Of a stretch of DNA of 64,000 nt, positions 29,853 through 40,616 are shown piece by piece. A program made the translations under genes and the position numbers. Location of the stretch: contig CADBXK010000003.1 of assembly GCA_902798695.1 (NCBI GenBank), positions 2,849-66,848 of the forward strand, given 5' to 3'. This DNA comes from Oscillospiraceae bacterium (lineage in GTDB: Bacteria; Bacillota; Clostridia; Oscillospirales; Ruminococcaceae). Position 1 is the first letter of the stretch. Each line of letters starts with the position of its first letter. The notes beneath the pieces are model-generated. The model ran no database searches. It was not told where the DNA came from and saw only the letters and a list, made by a program, of their open reading frames with translations.

Positions 29853-29856
29853 ATTT

Positions 29857-31014
29857 TTAATTAAACATATCTTTTATTTTATCAAAAAAGCTTTTTCTTT
29901 TATGATAATTTTTTTCATTAAGTGAACTATCGAATTCTTTTATTAATTTCTTTTGTGTTTCATTAAGATTACGTGGAACTTCAATTGTAGTTGTTATTAG
30001 CATATCTCCTCTGCCATGAGCACGAAGTTTATTAACACCTTTTCCTTTTAATCTAAATGTTGTTCCAGGTTGAGTTCCTTCTGGTACGCTATATTTTACT
30101 TTACCATCTATTGTTGGAACAATAACATCAGCACCATTAACTGCTTGTGAATATGTAATTGGTATATCGCATAGTATGTCAAACCCACGTCTTTTAAATA
30201 AAGGATCCGGTCTAACAGTTATTGCTACGTTTAGATTTCCATATGGACCACCGTTAGATCCTGCATTTCCTTCACCAGAAACTAGTAAAGTTTGACCATC
30301 ATCAATTCCACCAGGAATATTTATTTTTATTTTTTTAGTTTTAGATTTTTTACCAGTTCCATGGCATCCAGAACAAGGATTTGTTATAATTGTTCCTTTA
30401 CCATTACATTTTGGACATGTTCTAGAGGATGTCATTATTCCAAAAGGAGTTCTTTGCTGAACTTTAATCTGACCCATACCTCCACAATCAGGGCATGTAG
30501 TTGGTTTGGATCCGGGAGCTGCTCCACTTCCCATACATTTATCACATTTATCCATTTTGGTTATGCTTATTTCTTTGCTTGTTCCTTTGCAGGCTTCCAA
30601 AAATGAAATAGTTATACTTGAAAATGTATCTTGACCACGTTTGGGGGCATTAGCATTAGATCGGTGTGAACCACCAAATCCACCAAAGCCTCCGCCTCCA
30701 AACATACTGTCAAATATGTCTCCTAAGTCAACATCAAATCCGCCGGCACCATATCCACCAGCTCCAGATCCGGCTCCAAAATTAGGATCAACGCCTGCAT
30801 GACCAAATTGGTCATATTGGGCACGTTTGGTTGAATCACTAAGAACCTCATAAGCTTCACTAACTTCTTTAAATTTTTGTTCCGCTTCTTTATCATTAGG
30901 ACATAAATCTGGATGATATTTCTTTGCTAATTTACGATATGCTTTTTTTATTTCGCTATCTGAAGCACCTTTTGATACACCAAGCACTTCATAATAATCT
31001 CGTTTATTTGCCAA
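29857..31014 (-). CDS. dnaJ: Molecular chaperone DnaJ
   Basis: J domain [10 protein letters not shown]...HPD, a G/F-rich linker and four CxxCxGxG zinc-finger repeats. The TTG start at 31014 follows GGAGG, and the ORF-track start at 31047 lacks a ribosome-binding site. Confidence 0.95.
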   Translation of the reverse strand: MANKRDYYEVLGVSKGASDSEIKKAYRKLAKKYHPDLCPNDKEAEQKFKEVSEAYEVLSDSTKRAQYDQFGHAGVDPNFGAGSGAGGYGAGGFDVDLGDIFDSMFGGGGFGGFGGSHRSNANAPKRGQDTFSSITISFLEACKGTSKEISITKMDKCDKCMGSGAAPGSKPTTCPDCGGMGQIKVQQRTPFGIMTSSRTCPKCNGKGTIITNPCSGCHGTGKKSKTKKIKINIPGGIDDGQTLLVSGEGNAGSNGGPYGNLNVAITVRPDPLFKRRGFDILCDIPITYSQAVNGADVIVPTIDGKVKYSVPEGTQPGTTFRLKGKGVNKLRAHGRGDMLITTTIEVPRNLNETQKKLIKEFDSSLNEKNYHKRKSFFDKIKDMFN

Positions 31015-31091
31015 GGTTATTTCCTCCAAAATTGCAAAGGGAAACAAGGTTATTTATTATATCTCCCTTGTTTCCGAATGCAGTATATTTA

Positions 31092-32954
31092 TTAGTTGTT
31101 TTTGCTATTGTCATCAACATCAGTATAGTCTACATCAACAACATTATCATCATTTGAATTAGATGTTTCATTCGAATTCGAAGATGTTTGTTGATTTTGA
31201 TCCGATGCTTGTGTTTGATTTTGTGCTTGTTTATATATTTTTTCAGAAACAGAATAAACAGCTTTTTGTAGGTCTTCTTGCTTTGATTTTATATCATCTA
31301 TATTTGTTGCCTTTAGAGCCTCTTTTAACGCATTTACCTTTGTTTGAATTGATGATTTTTCATCTTCAGATAATTTATCTCCTGACTCAGATAAGATTTT
31401 TTCACTTTGGTAAACTAATTGATCTGCATTGTTTTTAACTTCAACCTCTTCTTTTTTCTTTTTGTCTTCTGATGCAAATCTTTCAGCTTCTTTAACTGCT
31501 TTATCAATTTCTTCATCACTCATGTTTGTTGATGATGTTATTGTGATATTTTGTGCTTTTCCAGTTCCTAAATCTTTTGCAGAAACATGCACAATGCCGT
31601 TAGCATCTATATCAAAAGTAACTTCGATTTGAGGAATTCCACGAGGAGCTGGAGCAATTCCATCTAAACGGAACATTCCTAGTTGTTTGTTATCGTGGCA
31701 AAATTCACGTTCTCCTTGATATATTGCGATGTCAACAGAAGTTTGACCATCTGCAGCAGTTGTAAATATTTGAGTTTTTTTAGTTGGGATTGTAGTGTTA
31801 CGTTCAATCATTTTTGCCATAACTCCGCCTTGGGTTTCTAGACCTAATGTTAATGGTGTAACATCTAATAATAGTAGGCCTTTAACGTCGCCGCCAAGGA
31901 CGCCACCTTGTATTGCTGCACCAATTGAAACACATTCATCAGGATTTATGCCTTTAAAAGGCTCTTTGTTTAGTTTCTTTTCAACAGCTTCATATACTGC
32001 TGGAATTCTTGTAGAACCACCAACCATCAAAATTTTATCTAATTCCGAAGCTGAAAGACCTGCATCTGATAGAGCTTGTTGAACTGGTTCCATTGTTTTT
32101 TCAACTAAATCTGCAGTTAATTCATTAAATTTTGCTCTACTTAGTGTTAAATCTAAGTGCTTAGGACCAGTTGCATCTGCAGTGATAAATGGCTGGTTTA
32201 TATTTGTGCTCATAGTTGAAGATAGTTCAATTTTAGCTTTTTCAGCTGCTTCTTTAAGACGTTGCATAGCCATTTTATCTGAAGATAGATCAATTCCTTC
32301 AGCTTTTTTAAATTCAGAAACTATCCAATCTATAATTCTCTGGTCGAAGTCGTCTCCACCTAGTTTGTTGTTACCTGCTGTTGCTAAAACTTCTTGAACT
32401 CCGTCTCCCATTTCAATTATTGAAACGTCGAAAGTTCCTCCACCTAAGTCATATACCATTACTTTTTGGTCGTCTTCTTTGTCTACACCATATGCAAGAG
32501 CAGCTGCAGTAGGCTCATTTATTATTCTCTTAACGTCTAAGCCAGCAATTTTTCCAGCATCTTTAGTTGCTTGACGCTGTGAATCTGAAAAGTAAGCAGG
32601 AACTGTTATTACAGCTTCAGTTACTGGTTCACCCAAATAAGCTTCTGCATCAGCTTTTAGTTTTTGTAAAATCATAGCTGAAATTTCTTGAGGAGTGTAG
32701 TTTTTATCTTCAATATTAACTTTATAATCTGTTCCCATATGACGTTTAATGGAAATTATTGTTTTTTCAGGATTAGTTATTGCTTGTCTTTTAGCAACCT
32801 GACCAACCATTCTTTCACCTGTTTTTGAAAATGCAACAACCGATGCAGTTGTTCTAGAACCTTCTGCGTTTGGAATTACAACAGCTTCTCCACCTTCCAT
32901 TACAGAAACGCAGGAATTTGTTGTTCCAAGATCTATTCCTATTATTTTACTCAT
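31092..32954 (-). CDS. dnaK: Molecular chaperone DnaK (Hsp70)
   Basis: [22 protein letters not shown] and the other Hsp70 signatures. The C-terminal tail is unusually rich in N/S/Q/D. Confidence 0.97.
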   Translation of the reverse strand: MSKIIGIDLGTTNSCVSVMEGGEAVVIPNAEGSRTTASVVAFSKTGERMVGQVAKRQAITNPEKTIISIKRHMGTDYKVNIEDKNYTPQEISAMILQKLKADAEAYLGEPVTEAVITVPAYFSDSQRQATKDAGKIAGLDVKRIINEPTAAALAYGVDKEDDQKVMVYDLGGGTFDVSIIEMGDGVQEVLATAGNNKLGGDDFDQRIIDWIVSEFKKAEGIDLSSDKMAMQRLKEAAEKAKIELSSTMSTNINQPFITADATGPKHLDLTLSRAKFNELTADLVEKTMEPVQQALSDAGLSASELDKILMVGGSTRIPAVYEAVEKKLNKEPFKGINPDECVSIGAAIQGGVLGGDVKGLLLLDVTPLTLGLETQGGVMAKMIERNTTIPTKKTQIFTTAADGQTSVDIAIYQGEREFCHDNKQLGMFRLDGIAPAPRGIPQIEVTFDIDANGIVHVSAKDLGTGKAQNITITSSTNMSDEEIDKAVKEAERFASEDKKKKEEVEVKNNADQLVYQSEKILSESGDKLSEDEKSSIQTKVNALKEALKATNIDDIKSKQEDLQKAVYSVSEKIYKQAQNQTQASDQNQQTSSNSNETSNSNDDNVVDVDYTDVDDNSKNN

Positions 32955-33019
32955 ATTAAATTACCTCCATAATAAATTGTTTTATATTTTTATTGTTGAA
33001 TATAAATTCAAATTATATT

Positions 33020-33592
33020 CTAAGGATTAGCTACAACTACCATAGCATGGCGTATAACAGTGTCCTTTAATTTATATCCTTTTTGCAAAACTTGGCAAAC
33101 AGTATTGTGATCGAAACTTTCATCTTCAATTACATTAATTGCGTTATGACAATTTGGATCGAATGTTTTGCCTTCGCTTTCAATTTCAACGACACCTATC
33201 TTTTTCAAAGTATCGCAAAATTGATCAACAACTAATTTTATGCCCTTGCTTAAGTTATCATCATTGCTTACAGATTCAAGAGCACGCTCTAAATTATCTA
33301 GAACAGACAATAAAGGTGTTATGCAATCTGCTTGTGCGGATATATATATACTTTCTTTTTCCTTTATTGTACGTTTACGAAAATTATCGAACTCAGCTTT
33401 TAGTCTTAAATCTTGATTTTGAAGATCTTTAAGTTTAGCTTCTAATTTACTTATTTCTGACGATGTTTCTTCGGAACCTTGTTCAGTATCTTCTAAAAAT
33501 TCATTCTGTTCTACATCATCTTTTAATTCTTCTTGATCATCTGTTTCGATATTATTTAATTCATCAATAGTATCTCTAGTATTTTCTTCCAT
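33020..33592 (-). CDS. grpE: Nucleotide exchange factor GrpE
   Basis: An acidic N-terminus and a coiled coil, then AEFDNFRKRT and a C-terminal beta domain ending VIRHAMVVV. The ATG at 33592 follows GAAGGAG, which spans the hrcA stop. Confidence 0.92.
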   Translation of the reverse strand: MEENTRDTIDELNNIETDDQEELKDDVEQNEFLEDTEQGSEETSSEISKLEAKLKDLQNQDLRLKAEFDNFRKRTIKEKESIYISAQADCITPLLSVLDNLERALESVSNDDNLSKGIKLVVDQFCDTLKKIGVVEIESEGKTFDPNCHNAINVIEDESFDHNTVCQVLQKGYKLKDTVIRHAMVVVANP

Positions 33593-33596
33593 GTGG

Positions 33597-34640
33597 CTAT
33601 TCTCCTTCTTCAGTTTCTGATTCAAATTCATTTAACATATTATCTATTATAGATGTAACACTTTTCGAAAAATAGGAAACATAGGGGATAATTTTTTGAT
33701 AATCTAATCTTATAGGACCTATTACTCCAAATGAACCGAATTGACTATTTGTTCCATACTTAGAGAGGATTAAGCTAGAATTACCAACTGCAAATGTATC
33801 ATCTTCTTTTCCAAAAACAATATTTATTCCAGAAAAAGCACTTGATAATATATCTTCTATTTGATTTTTAGCAGACATGAATTCCATTAATTCATTGGCT
33901 TTTAATCCATCATATTTTAGTAAATTATTTTCACCTTTCAAGTCTACTTGTGTTTGTGAAATTTCATCATATAGTTCATGCAAAGTATTTAGAAGAGGAG
34001 ATAGGCTTAAAATGTAATTTCCCATGGCAGTTGACAAATTATCAAAAATGTTTTCGTCAAATGAATCCAATGAAAGACCTTTAAGATTCTCATTAATTAT
34101 TCTTTCAAAAAATTCTAACTGTTCATTAGTTATGTTAAACTGCATTCGGCAAATTTTATTTTTTATTTCTCCCGAAGAAGTTATTAATAAAACAGCATAA
34201 ATTCTTTTTCCAGTTGGGATTACTTCAACTTTAGAAATAACTGAAAATTTTGGCAAATAGTTAGCTGATACAGCAGCTAAACCAGTAATTTCTGATAACG
34301 CACTTACAGCATTATCTATAACTGCAGAAATTGAACTTGTATCTGCTTGCAGTAATTTATCTATTTCTGCTTTTTCTTCACAACTTAAACTTTTTGGTGT
34401 TATAATATGATTTATATATGCCCTAAAACCGAGATATGTAGGGACTCTTCCCGCCGAAGTATGTGGCTGTTCTAATAATCCCAAATTTTCCAATTTAACC
34501 ATATCATTTCGTATTGTGGCAGGTGAAACAGTTTTATTAAGCTTTGAACAAACAGCTACACTACCTACAGGTTCTCCTGTTTCAATGTATAAATCAACTA
34601 TGTGTTCTAAAATTTTTAACCGCCTTTCGTCGCTTTTCAT
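33597..34640 (-). CDS. hrcA: Heat-inducible transcription repressor HrcA
   Basis: N-terminal winged helix ERRLKILEHIVDLYIETGEPVGS..., 347 aa. It is the first gene of hrcA-grpE-dnaK-dnaJ and has a CIRCE element upstream. Confidence 0.92.
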   Translation of the reverse strand: MKSDERRLKILEHIVDLYIETGEPVGSVAVCSKLNKTVSPATIRNDMVKLENLGLLEQPHTSAGRVPTYLGFRAYINHIITPKSLSCEEKAEIDKLLQADTSSISAVIDNAVSALSEITGLAAVSANYLPKFSVISKVEVIPTGKRIYAVLLITSSGEIKNKICRMQFNITNEQLEFFERIINENLKGLSLDSFDENIFDNLSTAMGNYILSLSPLLNTLHELYDEISQTQVDLKGENNLLKYDGLKANELMEFMSAKNQIEDILSSAFSGINIVFGKEDDTFAVGNSSLILSKYGTNSQFGSFGVIGPIRLDYQKIIPYVSYFSKSVTSIIDNMLNEFESETEEGE

Positions 34641-34672
34641 ATATTTAACACCTCAATATACGATGAATTATT

Positions 34673-34699
34673 TTAGCACTCATATTATCCGAGTGCTAA
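34673..34699 (-). promoter_or_regulatory. CIRCE operator (HrcA binding site)
   Basis: A perfect TTAGCACTC-N9-GAGTGCTAA inverted repeat lies between the promoter -10 box and the hrcA ribosome-binding site. Confidence 0.95.
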
Positions 34700-34704
34700 T
34701 TATA

Positions 34705-34733
34705 ATATTATCACCATTTTTTAATTATGTCAA
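34705..34733 (-). promoter_or_regulatory. Sigma-A promoter of the hrcA-grpE-dnaK-dnaJ operon
   Basis: The minus strand reads TTGACA, 17-nt spacer, TAATAT. It lies immediately upstream of CIRCE. Confidence 0.7.
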
Positions 34734-34783
34734 TATCTTATTAAAAATAATTTTTGTTTTGTAAGATATATTGTTTATTTAAA

Positions 34784-34821
34784 GAAGAAGTAACAATAAC
34801 TAATCTTATTGCTACTTCTTC
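34784..34821 (-). terminator. Hairpin after the ABC/DUF4340 cassette (probable terminator)
   Basis: gaagaagtaacaataa / ttattgctacttcttc forms a 16-bp stem with one mismatch and a 6-nt loop. The T-tract on the minus strand is only short. Confidence 0.5.
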
Positions 34822-34830
34822 GTATTTAGT

Positions 34831-35838
34831 TTAATTATTGAAAGACATGTTTAACCATGGTAAATTAGACTCACTTATTGAATATATTGCTGGAATATCA
34901 TTTATCATAACATAATATGATTTATGAACTGTGTTTTCACTTTCTTCTTGATGTATATTGTCATGGTTTGAATGTGAATATTGTTTTGAATCTGAAATAG
35001 AACCTATTTTAAAACAGTATGTTTCGCCGTCAATAATATATGTGATGGTAGATTGTGGGTTAGTTAAACCGCATGAGCTTATAGTAGCATCTGAAGGGTT
35101 TATGGTGTATACATCAGTTGCAGTTAGTGTGAACGGAGAATTTTCTAGTTGAATTCTTATATCTTCCGTTACTGTTAAATTGGAAGGAGTAATTATATTT
35201 AGTTTTCCATCATCATTTGTTGTTATTTCAATGGGTGTTTTTAAATTGCTTTTTTCTATTGTACATTTAGTTATGCCTCCACTTACCCAATTGCCATCTT
35301 GATCTAGTTTTCTAGCAGAATATGGAATTAAATTTAGATTAGCATATTGAAAATGTTCTTTTAGAAAAGGTTTGATTTGAGATATTGGCACCAACGCAAT
35401 TTCACTTTTAGATTCTTCAAGACAATAATATGCGGTTTTATCAGGGTTCATGTTACCAATTTTTAATGTTGTTGAATATTTATCAAATTCAGTTTTTACA
35501 GTAACTTTGGGATCTTTAAGTCCATAGTCGCTTAAATTGTTTGATGGAGTAAAAATATTTTCGGCCTCTAAGCTTTTAGCCGAATTAAACAGCATTCCAC
35601 AAAAAGATTGATTTATTGGGATTTTATTGAATTCGCTTACTTCCCATAGGTTGTTTTGATGAGAAACCGAAAAGCTTTTATTGTCTGATATTATGGTGAC
35701 TTTTATTGGATCATCATATGAATAATATTTTTGATTCGTTGAAGTTTTTTGTGGTGTGGCGTTTAATATTAAAATTGAAAAAATTAAAGTTACAAGTATT
35801 ATTGTGCAAATTAATATTGTTTTTTTCTTTTTTTTCAT
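34831..35838 (-). CDS. DUF4340 domain protein (N-terminal membrane anchor)
   Basis: A lysine-rich N-terminus and one TM helix. It is the last gene of the GldG-type ABC cassette, which is the usual DUF4340 position. The call rests on context and length, and sequence recognition is weak. Confidence 0.5.
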   Translation of the reverse strand: MKKKKKTILICTIILVTLIFSILILNATPQKTSTNQKYYSYDDPIKVTIISDNKSFSVSHQNNLWEVSEFNKIPINQSFCGMLFNSAKSLEAENIFTPSNNLSDYGLKDPKVTVKTEFDKYSTTLKIGNMNPDKTAYYCLEESKSEIALVPISQIKPFLKEHFQYANLNLIPYSARKLDQDGNWVSGGITKCTIEKSNLKTPIEITTNDDGKLNIITPSNLTVTEDIRIQLENSPFTLTATDVYTINPSDATISSCGLTNPQSTITYIIDGETYCFKIGSISDSKQYSHSNHDNIHQEESENTVHKSYYVMINDIPAIYSISESNLPWLNMSFNN

Positions 35839-35841
35839 TGT

Positions 35842-37299
35842 CTATCGTCTCTTTCTATATCTGTAAACAATATACCCAATTATGGCAATTGTTGTTGGAA
35901 CTACTGCCATAAACAGAAAACCTATTATGGTTACTTGTAGAATATTTATTCCAAGAGGAGGTGTTGACATGGATTTAGGCAAAATGGTTATATTGCTTTT
36001 ATGATCGGTTGTTTCGCCAAGAACACTTAATACAAACTCTCCATTTCCGTAATTTGGAATATCCATAGCAGATAATATTTCAATATTAGAGAAAGCAGTA
36101 ACTTTTGTTGTTTTTTTATCGTTTATATTTTTTTGAGTTCCAATAACAACTGAAAAAGATGATTTGGAGGCTGATTCATATTTGAAATTTTTATCATTTT
36201 CATTTAATATAGCACAAGTTTTGCTTGTTGCACATATTTCTGTTTGAATTATGGCATCATTTATTTTTTCCAGGTGCATTGGTTTGCATGATTTAACTAC
36301 AATAGGTGCATTTTTAATTGAGATATTTTCGGTATATTTATTAGAATCATCTGCCAATGAATAAAATTGATTTGTAGAATTTCCTATTAGATTTTTAGGA
36401 TTAGTTTCTATAACCATTCCTTCAGAAAAAGCAATTCCATATTTTTTTAATAATGATTCTAAATTGGGTAATTTTGATTGTGTTGCTGAAGCAAAGTATA
36501 CTAAAGAGCCTCCATTGTTTAAATATTCTTCAATTTTAGATATATCTTCTGATGTATAGTCTGCTTTTGGACTACTAATTATAATTAATTCAATATTTTC
36601 AGAAATTTCATCTTTAGCAAAATTTAAATTATTTAGATCATAGCCATTGTCTTTAAATTGTTGGGCTATAGGAGAAATATCAGTTTCACCATGCCCATTA
36701 ATTACAGCTGTTTTAACGAGATTTTGACCAGAAATGAATTCTAGAGCGTGAGCAATATTTGATTCTACGTTTGAAACTATTTGATGTTGTTGGTTATGTA
36801 TATCTCCATACGATTGAGTAAACATTTTTGATTGTGGTAGATATTGTGAATTGTTTGAATCGTCTGTAATTAGTATACCGCCTGAGTTTAATTGAAAATT
36901 TGGGTAGTTGGAAACAAAGTTAGGATTTTGATCTAAATTAACGAATTCTATGCTTATATTTGGATTTTCGGAAGCAATATTTTTAGAAATGTTATACATA
37001 TGTAATAAATATGGAGAACCATTTTTAAATGTTTGTTCATCGCCTAATAAAATTAATTTTGTTTTTTTATTGTAGTTCTTTAAAAAAGATTTTGTTTGAT
37101 CAGATATTTGATATAATTGATTGGATGATAAATCTATTTGTATGTTATATTTTTGAACAAGCGTAGAGCATACTATATTTATTAAAAATACTATGGAAAT
37201 AAATATTGCTGTAAATGTTGCAGATAGTGTACTGTATTTAAAATTTTTAGTATGTAAAAGATTTTTTACATTACCTTTGATTTTTTGTCTAATTTTCAT
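35842..37299 (-). CDS. GldG-like ABC transporter auxiliary protein (ABC_transp_aux family)
   Basis: 485 aa with TM helices at the N- and C-termini flanking a large extracytoplasmic domain. It follows an ABC-2 permease and an ATPase. Confidence 0.6.
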   Translation of the reverse strand: MKIRQKIKGNVKNLLHTKNFKYSTLSATFTAIFISIVFLINIVCSTLVQKYNIQIDLSSNQLYQISDQTKSFLKNYNKKTKLILLGDEQTFKNGSPYLLHMYNISKNIASENPNISIEFVNLDQNPNFVSNYPNFQLNSGGILITDDSNNSQYLPQSKMFTQSYGDIHNQQHQIVSNVESNIAHALEFISGQNLVKTAVINGHGETDISPIAQQFKDNGYDLNNLNFAKDEISENIELIIISSPKADYTSEDISKIEEYLNNGGSLVYFASATQSKLPNLESLLKKYGIAFSEGMVIETNPKNLIGNSTNQFYSLADDSNKYTENISIKNAPIVVKSCKPMHLEKINDAIIQTEICATSKTCAILNENDKNFKYESASKSSFSVVIGTQKNINDKKTTKVTAFSNIEILSAMDIPNYGNGEFVLSVLGETTDHKSNITILPKSMSTPPLGINILQVTIIGFLFMAVVPTTIAIIGYIVYRYRKRR

Positions 37300-37308
37300 T
37301 ATTTTACC

Positions 37309-38013
37309 TCAATTCCAACGTTTTTTCTCCAGTGTTTGGACGGTTAAAAACACAAAAATGACGATTATGCTTATAAAATATAAAATATCTGATATGTTTA
37401 AAATTCCAGATATTAAGTTGCTATATTTTGGCATTATAGCTAAACTATTAATAAAAGTTTTAAGCCAATCAAATGGCATATATTGTGAAAGAGCCTCTAT
37501 AAAAACAAATATTAAAAACACACCAAAAGAACCAAAAGCGGATATTATTTGACTTTCAGTTTTGGATGATATAAATATGCCTATTGAAATTAGAGATGCG
37601 CCTAAAAGAGTTGTTCCTAATAAGCATCCAATTATTAAACTAAGAGAAATTTTGGCAAATAGGCAAACAACAATAACATAAATTAAATTTATAGATGTTG
37701 CTGCTATGAACATAATTAAGGCTGAAATATATTTTCCTAAAACTATTTCGGTTATTTTAGCTGGGGAACAAAATAGTAGTTGATCAGTATGTAGTTTATA
37801 TTCTTCGCTAAATAATCGCATAGTTAGTATAGGAGTTAGTAATATTATTACCATAAATAGTGTTTGAAAAAATGCAGAAATATTAGATGTGTTTTGTACT
37901 ATTATGGATGAAAAGAAAAAAAAGGCTGACAGGGCACAAAAAATGCTCATAAATATATATCCTACAGGATATAAAAAATATTCTTTTAATTCTTTGCGAA
38001 TTAGTGCGGTCAT
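37309..38013 (-). CDS. ABC-2 type transporter permease (GldF-like)
   Basis: 234 aa with about 6 TM helices. It overlaps the ATPase gene by 4 nt. Confidence 0.7.
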   Translation of the reverse strand: MTALIRKELKEYFLYPVGYIFMSIFCALSAFFFFSSIIVQNTSNISAFFQTLFMVIILLTPILTMRLFSEEYKLHTDQLLFCSPAKITEIVLGKYISALIMFIAATSINLIYVIVVCLFAKISLSLIIGCLLGTTLLGASLISIGIFISSKTESQIISAFGSFGVFLIFVFIEALSQYMPFDWLKTFINSLAIMPKYSNLISGILNISDILYFISIIVIFVFLTVQTLEKKRWN

Positions 38014-39035
38014 GATTGATTCTCCTCTTTATTAGATTTGATGTTTTCACCAATTTTTAAATTTGAGGTTGATTCTATTAAATTAATAAAAACTTGTTCT
38101 AATGTTGTAGAATTGTCTTTAAAGTATAGTATGGGCACATTGTTTTTCATAAACGATTTGGAAATATCTAAATTTATTTGCCTTTTTACTAAAGGAATAA
38201 GATTAATTTCAATAATATTGCTGTCTATTAAAGATATACTTTTTATTTTTACTATTTTTGAAATTGGTTGCAATGATTTTCGAACGCTTTCTTTACTATT
38301 GCAACTTAATTTTAAGTGATATTCATTACCCGTTGTGTTATTTTTTAATATATTTTTCTCTGTATCATTTGCGATTATTTTACCGTGATTTATTATTATT
38401 ATTCTGTCACAAATAGCTTGAATTTCAGATAATATATGAGTTGATAATATTACGGTATGCTCACTAGATAGGGACTTTATGAGTTCTCTAGTTTGTACAA
38501 TTTGAGATGGATCTAAGCCAGAAGTTGGTTCATCTAATATTAATACAGAAGGATTTCCCAACAGAGCTTGAGCTATGCCTACTCTTTGACGGTATCCTTT
38601 TGAGAGCTGACCAATTAATTTGTCTATATATTGTGATATTTTACACAATCCACATACTCGAGTAATTTCTTCTGTAGCAGGTTTTATTTTTTTTAGATCA
38701 CAAACAAATTGTAAATATTCATTTACTGTCATATAATCATATAGTGGGGGATGTTCTGGTAAATATCCTATACATTTTTTTGCGTTTTCGGAATCGTTAA
38801 AAATATCATGGCCTGCTATTTCAACTGTGCCTTGAGTGGATGAAATATATCCAGTTATAATATTCATGGTTGTTGTTTTTCCAGCACCATTTGGTCCTAA
38901 AAAGCCAATAATTTCTCCTTTTTTTATGGAAAAAGAAACGTTTTCAAGAGCAGTAAATTCATTATATTTTTTAGTTATATTTTTTACTACTATTAAATTT
39001 TCTGGTGAATTATTGGAGACATGTGTATTATTCAA
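38010..39035 (-). CDS. ABC transporter ATP-binding protein (GldA-like)
   Basis: Walker A GPNGAGKTT, signature LSKGYRQRVGIAQA and Walker B LILDEPTSGLD. The TTG start follows GAAGGGA. Confidence 0.88.
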   Translation of the reverse strand: MNNTHVSNNSPENLIVVKNITKKYNEFTALENVSFSIKKGEIIGFLGPNGAGKTTTMNIITGYISSTQGTVEIAGHDIFNDSENAKKCIGYLPEHPPLYDYMTVNEYLQFVCDLKKIKPATEEITRVCGLCKISQYIDKLIGQLSKGYRQRVGIAQALLGNPSVLILDEPTSGLDPSQIVQTRELIKSLSSEHTVILSTHILSEIQAICDRIIIINHGKIIANDTEKNILKNNTTGNEYHLKLSCNSKESVRKSLQPISKIVKIKSISLIDSNIIEINLIPLVKRQINLDISKSFMKNNVPILYFKDNSTTLEQVFINLIESTSNLKIGENIKSNKEENQS

Positions 39036-39076
39036 TATTATCCCTTCTTCGATTTATATGTTTTCGTTTGAAAAAT

Positions 39077-39111
39077 AAAATCTTTAAATATCAAAAGTAT
39101 TTAAAGATTTT
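39077..39111 (-). terminator. Intrinsic terminator after the DUF1015 gene
   Basis: aaaatctttaaata / tatttaaagatttt forms a perfect 14-bp AT-rich stem with a 7-nt loop and A/T runs on both sides. Confidence 0.6.
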
Positions 39112-39145
39112 ATTTTTTATTTTTTAAATATTTTTATATAACAAT

Positions 39146-40411
39146 TTATTTTTCGTTGTTTTGATCTAAAGAATAAAAAATGAGACCTGATACTGGTTTT
39201 GGGAAGAATAATGTGCTTTTGGGAGGCATATTTTCTCTGTTCTTTGATATATTTATTACTTCATTTATTCTGGTGGCACTTAGCAAAACAGCAAAACAAG
39301 CATCTCCATTGTCTACACATTGACAAGCTTTATTAGCAGATTGACTATATGTTATTTGTTCGGATTCTATATTAAGAATCTTTTCAAAAAATAGTTTATG
39401 TAAAACTGTAATATCAAGTTTATTGTATGCATCAGATTGATTAGATATTTCTTTCATAATACTGCCATCTTTTAAAACCAATACGCAGTAATATCCATCA
39501 GTATAAATTCCAAATGCATTTTTATTTTCTCTTCTAAGTCCAAACATTGTGTTTCTGGTAGATTTAAGTGTTTTACATTTAATTATATCAAAATATTGAG
39601 ATGATCTTTCAAGCATATCATCGCTATCGAACATATTTATGTTAGAAATTATTCTGTGAATTGGTAGAATTGTAAGAGCTTCATTGTTTTGGTCAACGAA
39701 AAATGTCATAACAAAATTTGCTGGGTGATCTTCTGATATATTTTCGGTTTCCCTTAATTTTTCTCTGTATGAACATGCTGCTTTAAATCTGTTATGACCG
39801 TCTGCTATATAATAGGTCTTATCATTGAATAATTCTTCAAAGGCGGTTATTGTATCTGGATCACTAATTTTCCAAATTTTGTGTATTAGATTGTTTTGTT
39901 TTGATTTTGCTAAATAGTTTGATTTAGCTACTGTATGAAGCATATGTTTAATTTGATTTTCATCGTCATTGTATAATACACAAATTGGATTAAACTCACA
40001 TTTAGTTTTATCAAGTAGCTCTATGCGGTCAATTTCATATGCATTATTAATATTTTTGTGTGTCATAACATAGTTTTCATCTTTTTCTGGAAGCTTTAAT
40101 CCTCCAATTATGCCTTTTAGTCTATATGTTTCAGTATTTACTTTATAAGAAATTTCGTATATATATATTGATGGCGTTTCATCAAATGTTAGAATTTTAT
40201 TTTTAATCCATTCATCTAGTGTTTTCTTTGCTTCCTCATATGAGTTGGGCAATTCTAAGTTAACTGCATTAAATTCATTTTTTGACTTTAATTCCTCTTT
40301 TTGTTCATTTGAAATCATATCATATGGTGGACAAACTACTCTAGATAAGTTATTAGATTTTGTAGATTTGTCAGTGTAATATAAACCTCTAAATGGTTTA
40401 ATTGTGCTCAT
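39146..40411 (-). CDS. DUF1015 domain protein
   Basis: The N-terminus MSTIKPFRGLYY..., VCPPYDMIS and ADGHNRF are patterns I associate with DUF1015. The ATG at 40411 follows GGAGGA. Confidence 0.7.
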   Translation of the reverse strand: MSTIKPFRGLYYTDKSTKSNNLSRVVCPPYDMISNEQKEELKSKNEFNAVNLELPNSYEEAKKTLDEWIKNKILTFDETPSIYIYEISYKVNTETYRLKGIIGGLKLPEKDENYVMTHKNINNAYEIDRIELLDKTKCEFNPICVLYNDDENQIKHMLHTVAKSNYLAKSKQNNLIHKIWKISDPDTITAFEELFNDKTYYIADGHNRFKAACSYREKLRETENISEDHPANFVMTFFVDQNNEALTILPIHRIISNINMFDSDDMLERSSQYFDIIKCKTLKSTRNTMFGLRRENKNAFGIYTDGYYCVLVLKDGSIMKEISNQSDAYNKLDITVLHKLFFEKILNIESEQITYSQSANKACQCVDNGDACFAVLLSATRINEVINISKNRENMPPKSTLFFPKPVSGLIFYSLDQNNEK

Positions 40412-40526
40412 CAGTAAATCCTCCATAACTTTTTCATATTAATTTATTAGTAAAAAGTAACGATATCATTATATCATAAATTTATAATATGTAAAGAAAT
40501 TGAAGATATTGATATTATATTTGGTT

Positions 40527-40555
40527 TTGCAAAATTTTCTGATATATGGTAAAAT
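40527..40555 (+). promoter_or_regulatory. Sigma-A promoter (extended -10) for the aminotransferase and ispE
   Basis: TTGCAA, 17-nt spacer, TGgTAAAAT. Confidence 0.55.
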
Positions 40556-40616
40556 GATGCTTAAGTTTTTAATCGGATTTTTATTTGTATGTACTAGGAA
40601 AGTGATTGGTGTTTTG

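Noticed and set aside
31092-31250. The N/S/Q/D-rich low-complexity C-terminal tail of DnaK (and the acidic N-terminus of GrpE).
   Set aside because: Low-complexity Asn-rich tails are common in very AT-rich genomes. The conserved Hsp70 domains are intact, and nothing suggests a separate function.
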